From positions 5,856,001-5,920,000 of the forward strand of contig OZ245365.1 in the NCBI GenBank assembly GCA_965226495.1: a stretch of DNA of 64,000 bases, in the 5' to 3' direction. Source of the DNA: Candidatus Marinacidobacterales bacterium (GTDB lineage: Bacteria; Acidobacteriota; Vicinamibacteria; Marinacidobacterales; DATDRI01). Both the position numbers and the translations under genes were made by a program. This document shows positions 56,441 through 64,000 of the stretch, piece by piece (positions within the stretch are counted from its first letter, which is position 1; each line of letters starts with the position of its first letter). The notes below the pieces were generated by a model. It had not been told where the DNA came from and ran no database searches. It was given only the letters and a program-made list of their open reading frames with translations.

Positions 56441-57038
56441 AGTAGTAGCGAATGAGATCGGCGCCTTCTTCCACGTCTCCCAGGGCTTCGAAGCGATTCT
56501 TGCCGACCTCGTAGCTCATGAGCGCGGCGAGCTCAAAGCGCTGGCTACTAATGATGTCCGCCGCCTTCAACATGAGCTCGACCCTTTTGTGCCACGGCGT
56601 GTGGCTCCAGGCTCGGAAACCAGAGGCAGCGGCATCGACGGCCGCCGCCGCATCCTTGGCAGCTCCGTCCTGAAAACGACCGATCACGAGTCCGGTATCT
56701 ACTGGAGATCGGTTGTCGAAGGTTTCCCGTCCCGAGACCTCTCTTCCATCGATCCACATGGAGCGCGTGTTGCCCATGCCTTTTCTGACGTTCTCGAGGG
56801 CACGGTCGTACTCGAGGTGCATTTCCTCGCTGGGCGCTGAGAGTGTGGCGTAGGTGATCTTAAAAGCGTCTTCCTGGGCCATGAAGACCTCCGTCTCTGA
56901 ATGGGAGAAGATCATAGGAGGAAAGGGGGCCGCCTGTCCACGTTGAGTAACAGCACCGCTGCATTTTGGCGGCCTCACGCCAAAACATGACGCGCCATTG
57001 CGCGAGCGCGCCAGGCGCGGCTAAACTGGCCGCCCATC

Positions 57039-57761
57039 ATGTTCAAGTTCCCCAACAGCCCCGTCTTCTGCCGCGACCTGGACCGAGCCTACTCCGAAGT
57101 CGTCCGCGGCGAGGGGATCTATCTCTACGACCGAAGCGGTAAACAGTATATCGACGGCTCGGGGGGAGCCTTAGTCGTCAACATTGGCCACGGCCGCACA
57201 GCAGTTGCGGAAGCGATGTCTCGGCAGGCGTCGCAGGTTGCCTACACTCATGGGACTCACTTCACCACCGAGGTTCTCGAGCGTCTGAGCGCGACGCTAG
57301 CGAACTTGCTGCCCGGAGACTTGGACAAAGTCTACCTCGTGCCGGGTGGGGCGGAGGCAGTGGAAACATCCATCAAGCTGGCGAGGCAGTACCAGCTTGC
57401 TCTGCAGCGGGAGCGACTTCCCGAAAAGGCCTGGGCCAAAGGGGCCTACTTTTCGGAGCGACTTCGCGAGCTCGAACAATCTCCCCTGGTAGGCGACGTC
57501 CGCGCCATCGGTCTCCTGGCGGGAATCGAGCTGGTCTCCGATCGAAAAACCAAGGTGCCGTTCCCTCGTAGTCGTCGGCTCGTCGAGGCAGTTGCGGAGA
57601 AAGCTTTTTCTAAGGGTCTGATCGTCTATCGATCGGCAGGTTGCGCGGACGGCATCGACGGAGACCTGATCATGCTGGCACCACCTTTAATCATAAGGGA
57701 AGAACAGATCGACGAACTGACCTCTGTGCTCGTCGAGACCTTGTCGGAAGTCAGGCCATGA
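57039..57761 (+). pseudogene. Class III aminotransferase with a large in-frame internal deletion
   Basis: N-terminus (GEGIYLYD, GAEAVETSIKLARQY) is joined directly to the C-terminus (VGDVRAIGL, LAPPLI); 240 aa; lacks the SYHG, DEV and PLP-lysine segments. Confidence 0.85.
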
Positions 57762-59668
57762 GTGGCCAGGCCGCACTCGGGCTCGTGGTCTGCTTGTGCT
57801 TTTGCGCGTCACCCCTCTATTCGGCAACGGAAGAAGATCGGCTTTCCGACCCGAAGGACCTGGAGAATTTCGTCGAACGGTTCTTCGAGGCGCAGATGAA
57901 TCGTTTGCATATCCCGGGCCTCGTTCTCACCGTCGTAAAAGATGGAGAGGTGATTCTCACGAAGGGTTTCGGTTGGGCCGACATGGAGGGCGGGATACCG
58001 GTGGCCGCCGAAAAGACCCTCTTTCGTGTGGGCTCTGTCTCCAAGCTTTTCACCGCCGCCGCCCTCTTGCAGCTTGCGGAGCGAGGACGCATCGACTTGA
58101 ATGTGGACGTCGGAAGATATCTAAACCCCGTCGAGATCGACGACAGCTTCCGCGAACCGGTTACCGCCTCGCACTTGTTGACTCATACCGCCGGCTTCGA
58201 CGATCGATACATCGGAATCGCCGCCCGCCGTCGAGCCGATCGTTTGCCGCTTCCCGAATATATGTCAGATCGACTGCCTCCTCGGATCCGCCCACCGGGG
58301 GAGCTCATCGCATACTCCAATCACGGGTACGCGCTCGCCGGCCTTTTGGTGGAAGAGATTTCAGGAGCCCGGTTCGAGTCCTACGTGGACGAGCACATAT
58401 TCCGTCCGTTGCGGATGACGCGCACGAGTTTCGAGTTGACGTCTCGACTCAAGGCCGATCTCGCAGTTGGCTACCGATACTTGAAGGACGAGTACCTTCC
58501 CGCCTCGTACGATTACTTCAACGTGGCTCCTGCCTCGTCTCTCAGCAGCACCGGGCCGGACATGGCGCGCTTCATGATCGCGCAGCTCCAAGACGGAAGC
58601 TATCAGGGCGCTCGCATTCTTCGTCCGGAAACGAAGGACGAGATGCAGCGACGCCATTTCGCGCATCACCCACGTCTACCGGGCAGGGCGTACGGTTTTC
58701 ATGAGCGCTTCGAAAATGGTGAGCGAATCGTTGCTCATGCTGGAGGGCTCCGTGGCTACTCGAGCTATTTCCTGTTACTCCCCGAACGAAACGTGGGCTT
58801 TTTCCTCGCACTCAACCGGTTCGAGGAGCAGCTACACGAGGAGTTCCGGAGGCAGTTCTTGGATCGCTACTTTCCAGCGCCGAACGCCGCGGCGACTCGA
58901 GCACCGTCTTCCCCCAGCCTCATCGAACGATTCAAGGGAAGTTACCGTTCACTCCGGTACTTCTCGAGCCGATCCTTCGAAAAATTGATGACCCTCTCAT
59001 CCGAGTATCGGGTGACCGCGGAGGACGGCACTCTGAACGTCCGCTATCCGGGCGATTTTCGCCAATCGACCCGATGGGAGAACGTCGAGCCCCTGCTTTT
59101 TCGCAGAATCGACGATGATGGTTATCTCGCGTTTCGTGAAAACGATCGGGGCGAAGTGACACACATGTTCATCGGAACCGAGGCCTATGAGAAGATTGCC
59201 TGGTACGAAACGCCGACATTCCAGAAGAAGTTATTTGCGTTCTTTCCTCTCGCTTTTATTGTCGCGGCCGTAACGGGAGGGTTTCTTTACGCAGCGGGCC
59301 AGTTGAGCCGGCTGAGATCGTCGAGACCAGGACGCTCCCCGGTCAATCGTCCCGACCGCCTTGCGTACTGCATCGCTATCTCGCTGAGCGTCTTGAACCT
59401 TTCGTTCCTCGTCGGCCTCGGCTACTTTGGTCGCGGAGTCGATGCCTATAGCTATCTCTACGGGATGCCGGCGGTGATGATGGTCGTGCTCTTGATGCCA
59501 TTGCCAACTGCAGCGCTCACCTTGGCACTCGCCGCCGTCACCAGTATCGGTTGGAAACGGGGGGTGGGGTCGCTACCTGCGCGGGTGTATTTTTCTCTGA
59601 CCACGATCCTGGCATTGGTTTTCATTCCGTTTCTCCACTACTGGAACCTGCTCGGCTCTCGATACTAG
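57758..59668 (+). CDS. Serine hydrolase (beta-lactamase/PBP class C-like) with C-terminal TM helices
   Basis: SVSK, LLTHTAG, YSN, HAG motifs; signal peptide; ATGA overlap with the upstream gene. Confidence 0.9.
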   Translation: MSGQAALGLVVCLCFCASPLYSATEEDRLSDPKDLENFVERFFEAQMNRLHIPGLVLTVVKDGEVILTKGFGWADMEGGIPVAAEKTLFRVGSVSKLFTAAALLQLAERGRIDLNVDVGRYLNPVEIDDSFREPVTASHLLTHTAGFDDRYIGIAARRRADRLPLPEYMSDRLPPRIRPPGELIAYSNHGYALAGLLVEEISGARFESYVDEHIFRPLRMTRTSFELTSRLKADLAVGYRYLKDEYLPASYDYFNVAPASSLSSTGPDMARFMIAQLQDGSYQGARILRPETKDEMQRRHFAHHPRLPGRAYGFHERFENGERIVAHAGGLRGYSSYFLLLPERNVGFFLALNRFEEQLHEEFRRQFLDRYFPAPNAAATRAPSSPSLIERFKGSYRSLRYFSSRSFEKLMTLSSEYRVTAEDGTLNVRYPGDFRQSTRWENVEPLLFRRIDDDGYLAFRENDRGEVTHMFIGTEAYEKIAWYETPTFQKKLFAFFPLAFIVAAVTGGFLYAAGQLSRLRSSRPGRSPVNRPDRLAYCIAISLSVLNLSFLVGLGYFGRGVDAYSYLYGMPAVMMVVLLMPLPTAALTLALAAVTSIGWKRGVGSLPARVYFSLTTILALVFIPFLHYWNLLGSRY

Positions 59669-59728
59669 CCTGTTCAGCCTGTTCAGCCTGTTCAGCCTGT
59701 TCAGTTTGACCCGTTCTTGGGCTGAACA
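59667..59728. repeat. 9-bp tandem repeat (AGCCTGTTC)x4 with one inverted copy
   Basis: Array at 59667-59704 and GGCTGAACA at 59720-59728. Confidence 0.85.
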
Positions 59729-59828
59729 CGTCGCTGTCCGCCTTGGCGGTCGTGATACTATTTGGCGAGAGCGGGTCGCGCTCGAAGCGCGGAACGAACC
59801 CAAAGCTAAACCGAGTTTGGAGTAACTA

Positions 59829-60947
59829 GTGAACCTTAGAATTCCAGGTCCGACCCCTTGCCCTCCAGAGATCTTGAGCGCGGTGGCGCAGCAGATGATC
59901 AACCACCGTGGACCCGAAATGGCGGCGCTGATTAAGAGGGTGTCCGATAGGCTTCAGGAGTTTCTGGGCACCCGGAACGACATTTTGCTCCTCACCGCGA
60001 GCGGCACTGGAGGACTCGAAGCTGCGGTCGTGAACACTTTGAGTCCCAAGGACCGCGTCTTGGGGATCACCATCGGGGCCTTCGGAGAGCGCTTTTGCAC
60101 CATCGCCGAGACCTACGGCGCCGACGTACGTCGATTGGAATTCGAATGGGGCCAGGCGGCTTCTCCCGAGAAGGTCCGAGAGGCGCTTCGCGAGGAGAAG
60201 GGGATACGCGCCGTTCTGGTCACTCACAATGAGACCTCCACCGGGGTGACCAACCCGCTCGGCGAGCTCTGCGAAGCGATCAAAGCCGAGAGCGATGCGC
60301 TGATCATCGTTGATGGGATCTCGAGCGCCGGCTCTATCGCTCTACCCGTCGACGAGTGGGGCATCGATGTCCTCGTCAGTGGATCTCAGAAAGGATGGGC
60401 CATCCCCCCCGGCTTGGCCATCGTTGCCGTTGGGCCTCGTGCTTGGGAGGCTTCAGAGCGGTCGAAAATGCCGCGCTTCTACTTCGATCTTGGCGCCCAC
60501 CGCGACGCGGCCCTCAAGGGTCAGACCCCCTGGACTCCCGCCATCTCCTTCATCTACGGTCTCGATGTGAGCCTCGACCGGATGATGGACGAGGGGCAGG
60601 ACGCCATCTACGCCCGCCACGCCCGCATCGCCGCGAAGACCCGTGAACGTGTCAAGTCACTAGGCCTCGAGCTTTTTGCCGACGAGCGGTTCGCATCCGA
60701 TACCGTCACCGCGGTGTCCGTCCCCGCGGGTGTGGACGGCAAGGAGCTGACGAGAATTCTTCGTGAGAAGCATGACACCGTAGTGGGGGGCGGACAAAAA
60801 ACGTTGGCGGGACGCATCTTTCGCCTCGGCCACTTGGGTTGGGTAGACGATAGCGATTTGGACCGGGCCATCACTGCGATCACCAAGGCACTGCCCGAGC
60901 TCGGCTACGAGCTCCCCACCGAATCGGCATCACGAGAGCACGCCTGA
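59829..60947 (+). CDS. Class V (AGXT-like) aminotransferase, probable phosphoserine aminotransferase
   Basis: IPGPT, HNETSTG, VDGISS, GSQKG; directly upstream of serA. Confidence 0.88.
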   Translation: MNLRIPGPTPCPPEILSAVAQQMINHRGPEMAALIKRVSDRLQEFLGTRNDILLLTASGTGGLEAAVVNTLSPKDRVLGITIGAFGERFCTIAETYGADVRRLEFEWGQAASPEKVREALREEKGIRAVLVTHNETSTGVTNPLGELCEAIKAESDALIIVDGISSAGSIALPVDEWGIDVLVSGSQKGWAIPPGLAIVAVGPRAWEASERSKMPRFYFDLGAHRDAALKGQTPWTPAISFIYGLDVSLDRMMDEGQDAIYARHARIAAKTRERVKSLGLELFADERFASDTVTAVSVPAGVDGKELTRILREKHDTVVGGGQKTLAGRIFRLGHLGWVDDSDLDRAITAITKALPELGYELPTESASREHA

Positions 60948-60949
60948 GG

Positions 60950-62554
60950 GTGGATCTCCGCATTCTGGTCGCCGACCGGATCTCGCCCGAGGGGATCGAG
61001 ATCCTGAGGGGAGCGGCGCAGGTGGACGTGCGCACTGGGATGAGCGCCCAGGCTCTCGTTGAAGCGTTGCCCAACTATCACGGGCTCGTCGTGCGCAGCC
61101 AAACACAAGTACCCCGGCAGGCTTTGGAAAAAGCTTCCGAGCTTCGTGTCATCGGGCGTGCTGGTGTCGGAGTCGACAATATTGATGTCGAGGCCGCGTC
61201 CGAACACGGCATCATCGTCGTGAATGCCCCCACCGGAAATACCATTTCCGCTGCCGAGCTTACCGTGGCGCTCTTGCTGGCACTGTCCCGTCACGTTGTC
61301 TCCGCGGACAATAGTCTCCACCGCGGAGAATGGAATAGGAAATCCTTTGTCGGAGTGGAAGTCCGTGGGAAGACGGTGGGAATCGTCGGCATGGGCCAGG
61401 TGGGTTCTGCTGTTGCTCGCCGCTTGCGGGCGATGGAGATGGAAGTGCTCGGATTCGATCCGTTCGTTCCCGAAGAGCGCGCCCAGATGTTGGGAGTCGA
61501 GCTCGTGAGCTTGGATAGTTTACTCGGTCGCTCGGACTTCGTAAGCCTCCACTGCGCGCTGACTCCGGACACCAAGCACCTGCTTGGTGAGGAACGACTA
61601 ATGAAAATGAAGCCCGGCGCTCGCTTGATCAACGCGGCTCGTGGAGGCTTGATCGATGAAGCCGCGCTTCTGGCAGCGCTCGAGTCCGGGCATATTGCTG
61701 GTGCAGCGCTCGATGTGTTCGAGGACGAGCCCCCTAAGAAAGATAACCCGTTGCTCAGACATCCGGGGGTCATCACCACTCCCCATTTGGGAGCGTCCAC
61801 CGTCGAAGCCCAAGAGCAGGTGGCGCTCGACGTGGCTCGCGAAGTCGTGCGGGTGCTTTCTGGAAGGCCGGCTACCACTGCGGTGAATGCGCCGGTTCTG
61901 GATCCGGAGACCCTCGCCGCTATCGGTCCTTACCTGCCAGTGGCCGAGATGTGCGGTAGGGTGGCGACGCAGCTCGGCGGCGGCGCGTGGAAGCAGATCG
62001 AGATCGATTACCAGGGAGAGTTGGCGAACTACGACACGACGGCCCTAAAAGCGGCAGCGGTCGCGGGATTGCTATCGACGATCAGCGAAGAGCAAGTCAA
62101 CGTGGTTTCCTTGCAACATGTTTTGACGAGACGAGGCTGGCATATCGAAGAACGCAAAATAGACGATGCGGCTCCTTTTACTGCCCTCGTTTCAGTTCGT
62201 CTCCATGGCCAGAACGGCGAAGCCTGCGTTCGCGGCACTCTAGTCCATGGCGTTCCCCACATCGTTGAGATCGATGGTTTCGAGGTGGACGTCGCCCGGA
62301 GCGCGCTGAGCCATGGGGAAGACTACATCCTCATCGTTGAGAACGAGGATCGTCCAGGACGCGTGGGGGCGGTTGGCAACGCGCTCGGCGAGATGGCGGT
62401 GAACATCTCTCACATGGCGGTGGGACGCCGGGATCCCCGGCAAGCTCGGGAAGCGGTGATGGTCTTGAACATCGACCGTTGCCTGGATGCAGAGGAGATT
62501 CGTTCCGTCGCCACGATACCAGGCATCGAAAAGGTTCTGCAAGTTCGCTTCTAG
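60950..62554 (+). CDS. serA: D-3-phosphoglycerate dehydrogenase
   Basis: GRAGVGVDNID, NAPTGN, INAARGG, TPHLGAST, ASB and ACT domains. Confidence 0.95.
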   Translation: MDLRILVADRISPEGIEILRGAAQVDVRTGMSAQALVEALPNYHGLVVRSQTQVPRQALEKASELRVIGRAGVGVDNIDVEAASEHGIIVVNAPTGNTISAAELTVALLLALSRHVVSADNSLHRGEWNRKSFVGVEVRGKTVGIVGMGQVGSAVARRLRAMEMEVLGFDPFVPEERAQMLGVELVSLDSLLGRSDFVSLHCALTPDTKHLLGEERLMKMKPGARLINAARGGLIDEAALLAALESGHIAGAALDVFEDEPPKKDNPLLRHPGVITTPHLGASTVEAQEQVALDVAREVVRVLSGRPATTAVNAPVLDPETLAAIGPYLPVAEMCGRVATQLGGGAWKQIEIDYQGELANYDTTALKAAAVAGLLSTISEEQVNVVSLQHVLTRRGWHIEERKIDDAAPFTALVSVRLHGQNGEACVRGTLVHGVPHIVEIDGFEVDVARSALSHGEDYILIVENEDRPGRVGAVGNALGEMAVNISHMAVGRRDPRQAREAVMVLNIDRCLDAEEIRSVATIPGIEKVLQVRF

Positions 62555-62591
62555 AAATCTCCTGTCTATCGGGGACTCAACTCCTCCCGCA

Positions 62592-63956
62592 ATGAGAAAC
62601 CTCGGCCACCTGAAGCAGGAATTCAAGCCCATGTTGCAGCTCGCGTTGCCGGTGGTGGCGGCCGAGTTGGGTTGGAACGCCATGGGGATGGTCGATACCC
62701 TGATGGTGGGTCGCATCAGCGCCGAGTCCATTGGTGCCGTCAGCCTTGGGACCGCCCTTTTTCTTGCCGTCGGGATCTTCGGGATCGGGATGTTGCTAGG
62801 GTTGGATACTCTCGTTTCCCAAGCGTTCGGTGCCGGGAAGATCGAAGAGTGCCACCGATCTTTGGTTCACGGCGTGTACCTGAGCTTCATGCTGGCGCCG
62901 TTTCTAACTGGCGTCATTTGGTCGGTCATCCCGCTTCTCTCCCATTTGGGAATGAACCCCGATGTCTTTCCGCTCATGATTCCTTACTTGAAAGCGGTTA
63001 CTTGGAGCATGCTCCCGCTTCTTCTCTACGCCACGTTTCGCCGCTACCTGCAAGGTATGGGTTTGGTCAAGCCGGTCATGGTGGTGCTGGTCACTGCCAA
63101 CCTCGTCAACGTGGCTGCCAACTGGATCTTGGTGTTCGGCAACCTGGGCGCACCCGCAATGGGCGTCGAGGGGGCGGGTTGGGCTACCTGCATCTCGCGA
63201 GCCTATCTGGCGATTGGTCTCATCGGTTACGCATTTTACTACGACCACGTCCACCGAACCGGTCTCTTCCAGACCCCCTTCGGTATCGACGCTGGCCGAT
63301 TTCGTCGTCTTCTCGCGCTCGGTTTCCCCGCAGCACTCCAAATTACACTGGAGTTGGGAGCGTTCGCAGTCGGCACGGTGTTGGCGGGCAAACTGGACTC
63401 GGCATCCATCGCCGCGCATCAAATCGCGATTACTGCCGCGAGTTTTACTTTCATGGTTCCACTCGGCGTATCATCCGCGGGTGCGGTTCGGGTCGGGCAC
63501 GCTCTTGGACGAAAGGATGTGGCGGGTGCAGCGCGCGCTGGATGGGTGGCGTTAGTCATCGGGACCGGGTTCATGACGTGCTCGGCCACCGCCTTTGTGG
63601 TTTTTCCGTCCTACATTCTGAGCGCCTTTACCAACGACGCGGGGGTGATCACAATCGGTGTTTCTCTCCTCTTCGTGGCCGCCTACTTCCAGTTGTTCGA
63701 CGGCGTGCAAATAGTCGCTACCGGGATCATGCGCGGCTCCGGTGACACGCGAACCCCGATGTTCGTCAACTTGGTAGGTCACTGGTTCGTAGGGCTGCCG
63801 GTTGGCTACACGTTGAGCTTCGTGAAGGGCTGGGGAGTGATTGGACTTTGGATTGGCTTTTGTGTCGGCCTGGTGTTCGTTGGAGCCGTTCTACTCGTTT
63901 TCTGGTCGCGACGCGTTCGCTCCCTTCAGCACGAGCTCACGCTTTCTTTTAGCTGA
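62592..63956 (+). CDS. MATE family efflux transporter (NorM-like)
   Basis: LALPVV, VDTLMVG, SQAFGA, AAHQIA, QLFDGVQ, RGSGDT; ~12 TMs. Confidence 0.93.
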   Translation: MRNLGHLKQEFKPMLQLALPVVAAELGWNAMGMVDTLMVGRISAESIGAVSLGTALFLAVGIFGIGMLLGLDTLVSQAFGAGKIEECHRSLVHGVYLSFMLAPFLTGVIWSVIPLLSHLGMNPDVFPLMIPYLKAVTWSMLPLLLYATFRRYLQGMGLVKPVMVVLVTANLVNVAANWILVFGNLGAPAMGVEGAGWATCISRAYLAIGLIGYAFYYDHVHRTGLFQTPFGIDAGRFRRLLALGFPAALQITLELGAFAVGTVLAGKLDSASIAAHQIAITAASFTFMVPLGVSSAGAVRVGHALGRKDVAGAARAGWVALVIGTGFMTCSATAFVVFPSYILSAFTNDAGVITIGVSLLFVAAYFQLFDGVQIVATGIMRGSGDTRTPMFVNLVGHWFVGLPVGYTLSFVKGWGVIGLWIGFCVGLVFVGAVLLVFWSRRVRSLQHELTLSFS

Positions 63957-64000
63957 TGGATTTCCGTCCGAGTTCGTTCTATGCTTCACGAGTATTTAGC

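Larger units (their letters stand above)
54242..56882 (-). pseudogene. Aldehyde dehydrogenase (1-pyrroline-5-carboxylate dehydrogenase-like) interrupted by IS30
   Basis: N-part 56882-56441 (FKITYAT...DLIRYY) and C-part 55371-54242 (SPFNFP, FTGS, ELGGKN, GQKCSACS, EELF); removing the IS and one AGT restores IRYYCKQMED. Confidence 0.92.

Noticed and set aside
62672-63745. 357-aa alternative-frame ORF within the MATE gene (similarly 29987-31321, 44860-45852, 57796-58704)
   Set aside because: Arg/Gly/Pro-rich off-frame ORFs expected in GC-rich coding DNA.

Overview
A 64-kb, GC-rich chromosomal segment of a diderm bacterium. Gene content (TPR/FG-GAP/ASPIC protein, POTRA-less Omp85, DUF481, FmdB, DinB) suggests Acidobacteriota; this is inference. 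About 50 CDS; no rRNA, tRNA or CRISPR array was seen. Housekeeping genes include rnhA, an ABC-F ATPase, a FadI-type thiolase, a SAM-I riboswitch-controlled thrC-ask-hom operon, a class V aminotransferase with serA, and a MATE exporter. The accessory region at ~6.2-21.5 kb holds (i) a membrane-embedded 7TM-PAS sigma54 activator followed by a -24/-12 promoter, an ABM-fold protein, a Cys-type arylsulfatase and three paralogous putative outer-membrane barrels, then relics of two deleted sulfatases, and (ii) an operon of a POTRA-less Omp85 barrel, an exported protein with a kinase-like motif order whose catalytic residues appear substituted (candidate pseudokinase) and a further outer-membrane protein. 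The second is the best candidate for an undescribed system. Also found: a shared 7-4-7-2-7 heptamer operator upstream of two phosphatase genes, an IS30 element splitting an aldehyde dehydrogenase next to an internally deleted class III aminotransferase, and several single-base frameshifts that look like long-read sequencing errors.
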